A stretch of DNA of 64,000 nt from Owenia fusiformis (taxonomy: Eukaryota). Positions within the stretch are counted from its first letter, which is position 1. The number at the start of each line of letters is the position of its first letter. The notes beneath the pieces were generated by a model. That model had not been told where the DNA came from. It made no database searches and saw only the letters and a program-made list of their open reading frames with translations. Below, one piece after another: positions 62,182-64,000 of the stretch. The stretch spans positions 49,538,001 to 49,602,000 of the forward strand of contig CAIIXF020000001.1 in the NCBI GenBank assembly GCA_903813345.2, read 5' to 3'. A program made the position numbers and the translations under genes.

Positions 62182-64000
62182 AAACATACTAACTGCAAGA
62201 CAAACTAAAGCACCAGTTCTTATCAGCGGCTTAACTCCATTAAGATAATAGATGTTTGCAATTGCTACACATTTTACAGCTTTGAACAATTTTAAATAAA
62301 TGAATGCATAGAAGTAGAACAGAGTATACCCTGCTCGCAGAGTCTAGTAATAAACTTTAGTATAGACTAAATTACAGTTTAGCAGCCACGCCCCAAAGAT
62401 TGGTGCCGGTGACAGCCCGGGTAATAAATCATTTCAAATCAACCACACTGACCCTTTCTCAAACAAACAGCGAAGTGGAAGGAACACTTGCTAAATCCGT
62501 GTCAATCGACTACGCGAGGATGTCAGAAGAAATGACCATATAGAAAGTCATCTGTATTTCGACAACGAACTCTGATCATAGATTTATTGTAAACTGAAAG
62601 AGTGAAGAAGCAACTCTGTTAAGAAGTAAAGTCGAACGAATGCAAAGAGGGTAAATAGAGTAGAGTATGGTGATTATATTTATCAAGTCAGGTCAAAGGT
62701 TTACAAAGGCAAAATGTAAATGCTAGATTTCTACATGAGCTTTGAAAGCCCATGATTTCTATCAAACCTTACCTCGGATATAACTGATGTTATGTGAATT
62801 GCTATCTGATAATGATACAGAGATAATGTAGTGCCATATGCTATTATTCCACAACTAAAGTACAAATAAACTCTGGCTTTGTATAAAAAACCTCCTAACT
62901 CATACTGACCTTCCCACCTGCGCGGAACACGATACAGTCATTGAAGGGTTCAATTTTAAAGATTATAAATCTCAAAATAGCTCAAGTTATTTACATTTCT
63001 ACGATTCCGGCTTTATTTTATGACTAGACAGATGACAGATCCATAAATAAAGGCATATGGATGCATTTTAATGTGTAATGACCCGAGGGCGCCCCAGGGG
63101 AATAAATAACTAACGACCGCGAGCATAGGTCCAATAAGCCAGATAAAGAAATTGAAAGAAAGTGTGCTAAATTCGATACTCTGAGTGGGAATCAAACCCA
63201 GCTGGGATGTAGTAGCAACTTGCTATCAAGGGTCGTTACAAATGCATCTATAATTCATCATAAACTAAGATTTAATAAACTAAGATCTTTAAAATTGAAC
63301 CCTTCAAAGACTGTATCATGTCCCACGTATGTGGGTAGGTGGGTATGAGGTAGGAGGTTTTTTATATAAAGCCATAAACTCTTGTACATATGTACACTAC
63401 CCTTCAAATTATTCAGAAACGCAGACTCCTCAACCTTGTTAAGTTTTTTTATGTTTTTTTTAAATACTGTATTATTATTTATTTATGTCACCACACCAAG
63501 TGTCATTGTTGTTGTTATGGTCTCCAACCTTTTTTTGTGGATGACAGTCGGTGTTTTGTTCATCTATAATATGGTACCTGTAACAAATTGTGTCTGTAAC
63601 AAATGGCAGCTGGTGACATTTTACATGTTGCTGTCTTGTTTCTTAAATATACATAAGTTCAGAATTTTATGAAAAATTTTACAAACTTTTTTTTAAAAAA
63701 CTGTCAAACATAAACAAGCTTTTATAATGTGTCTCAATAAGGGAGTTGGTGTTCTTAAACTTTTGGAGATGAGTGTATGTCTTATCACAATCTCGAGTTA
63801 CAGAGTCTTTACTTGTACTGTTCATGTTTCACTAGTGTACTGTTTATGTTTGACTAGTGTTACTGTGACCAAAGATCTGAAATCAAAATTATATTGCCTA
63901 TCTAGTGAGCAAGAAAAAACAAACAATGGGTTTGAAAACAACAGTCATAGGGAGTTATCCTAAACCAGACTACCTGAGTCTACCAGACTGGTTTCGTTTG

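Noticed and set aside
62380..62660. Possible promoter and first exon of a downstream gene (GCCACGCCC box, CpG-containing stretch, GT at 62651)
   Set aside because: No recognisable coding sequence or downstream exon within the window supports it.

Overview
AT-rich, intron-rich animal genomic DNA, probably a marine invertebrate (lophotrochozoan-like; this is an inference). Four spliced genes were reconstructed by hand with frame-consistent GT-AG junctions: the 3' end of MLX (+), a MyD88 (-), an HP1BP3-type triple-H15 chromatin protein (-) and PPWD1 (+). Three intronless Glass-like C2H2 zinc-finger paralogs lie nested in one PPWD1 intron. The most unusual locus is MyD88. It has two divergent, phase-compatible terminal exons, each encoding the C-terminal half of the TIR domain. 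A ~2 kb satellite built from the end of exon 5 plus its 5' splice donor precedes them, and the BB loop lacks the canonical proline. The HP1BP3 homolog carries an extra N-terminal segment with RFX winged-helix spacing. Introns and intergenic DNA hold many non-autonomous DNA transposons, one internally deleted mariner and several tandem repeats. All homology calls come from recalled motifs, not database searches.
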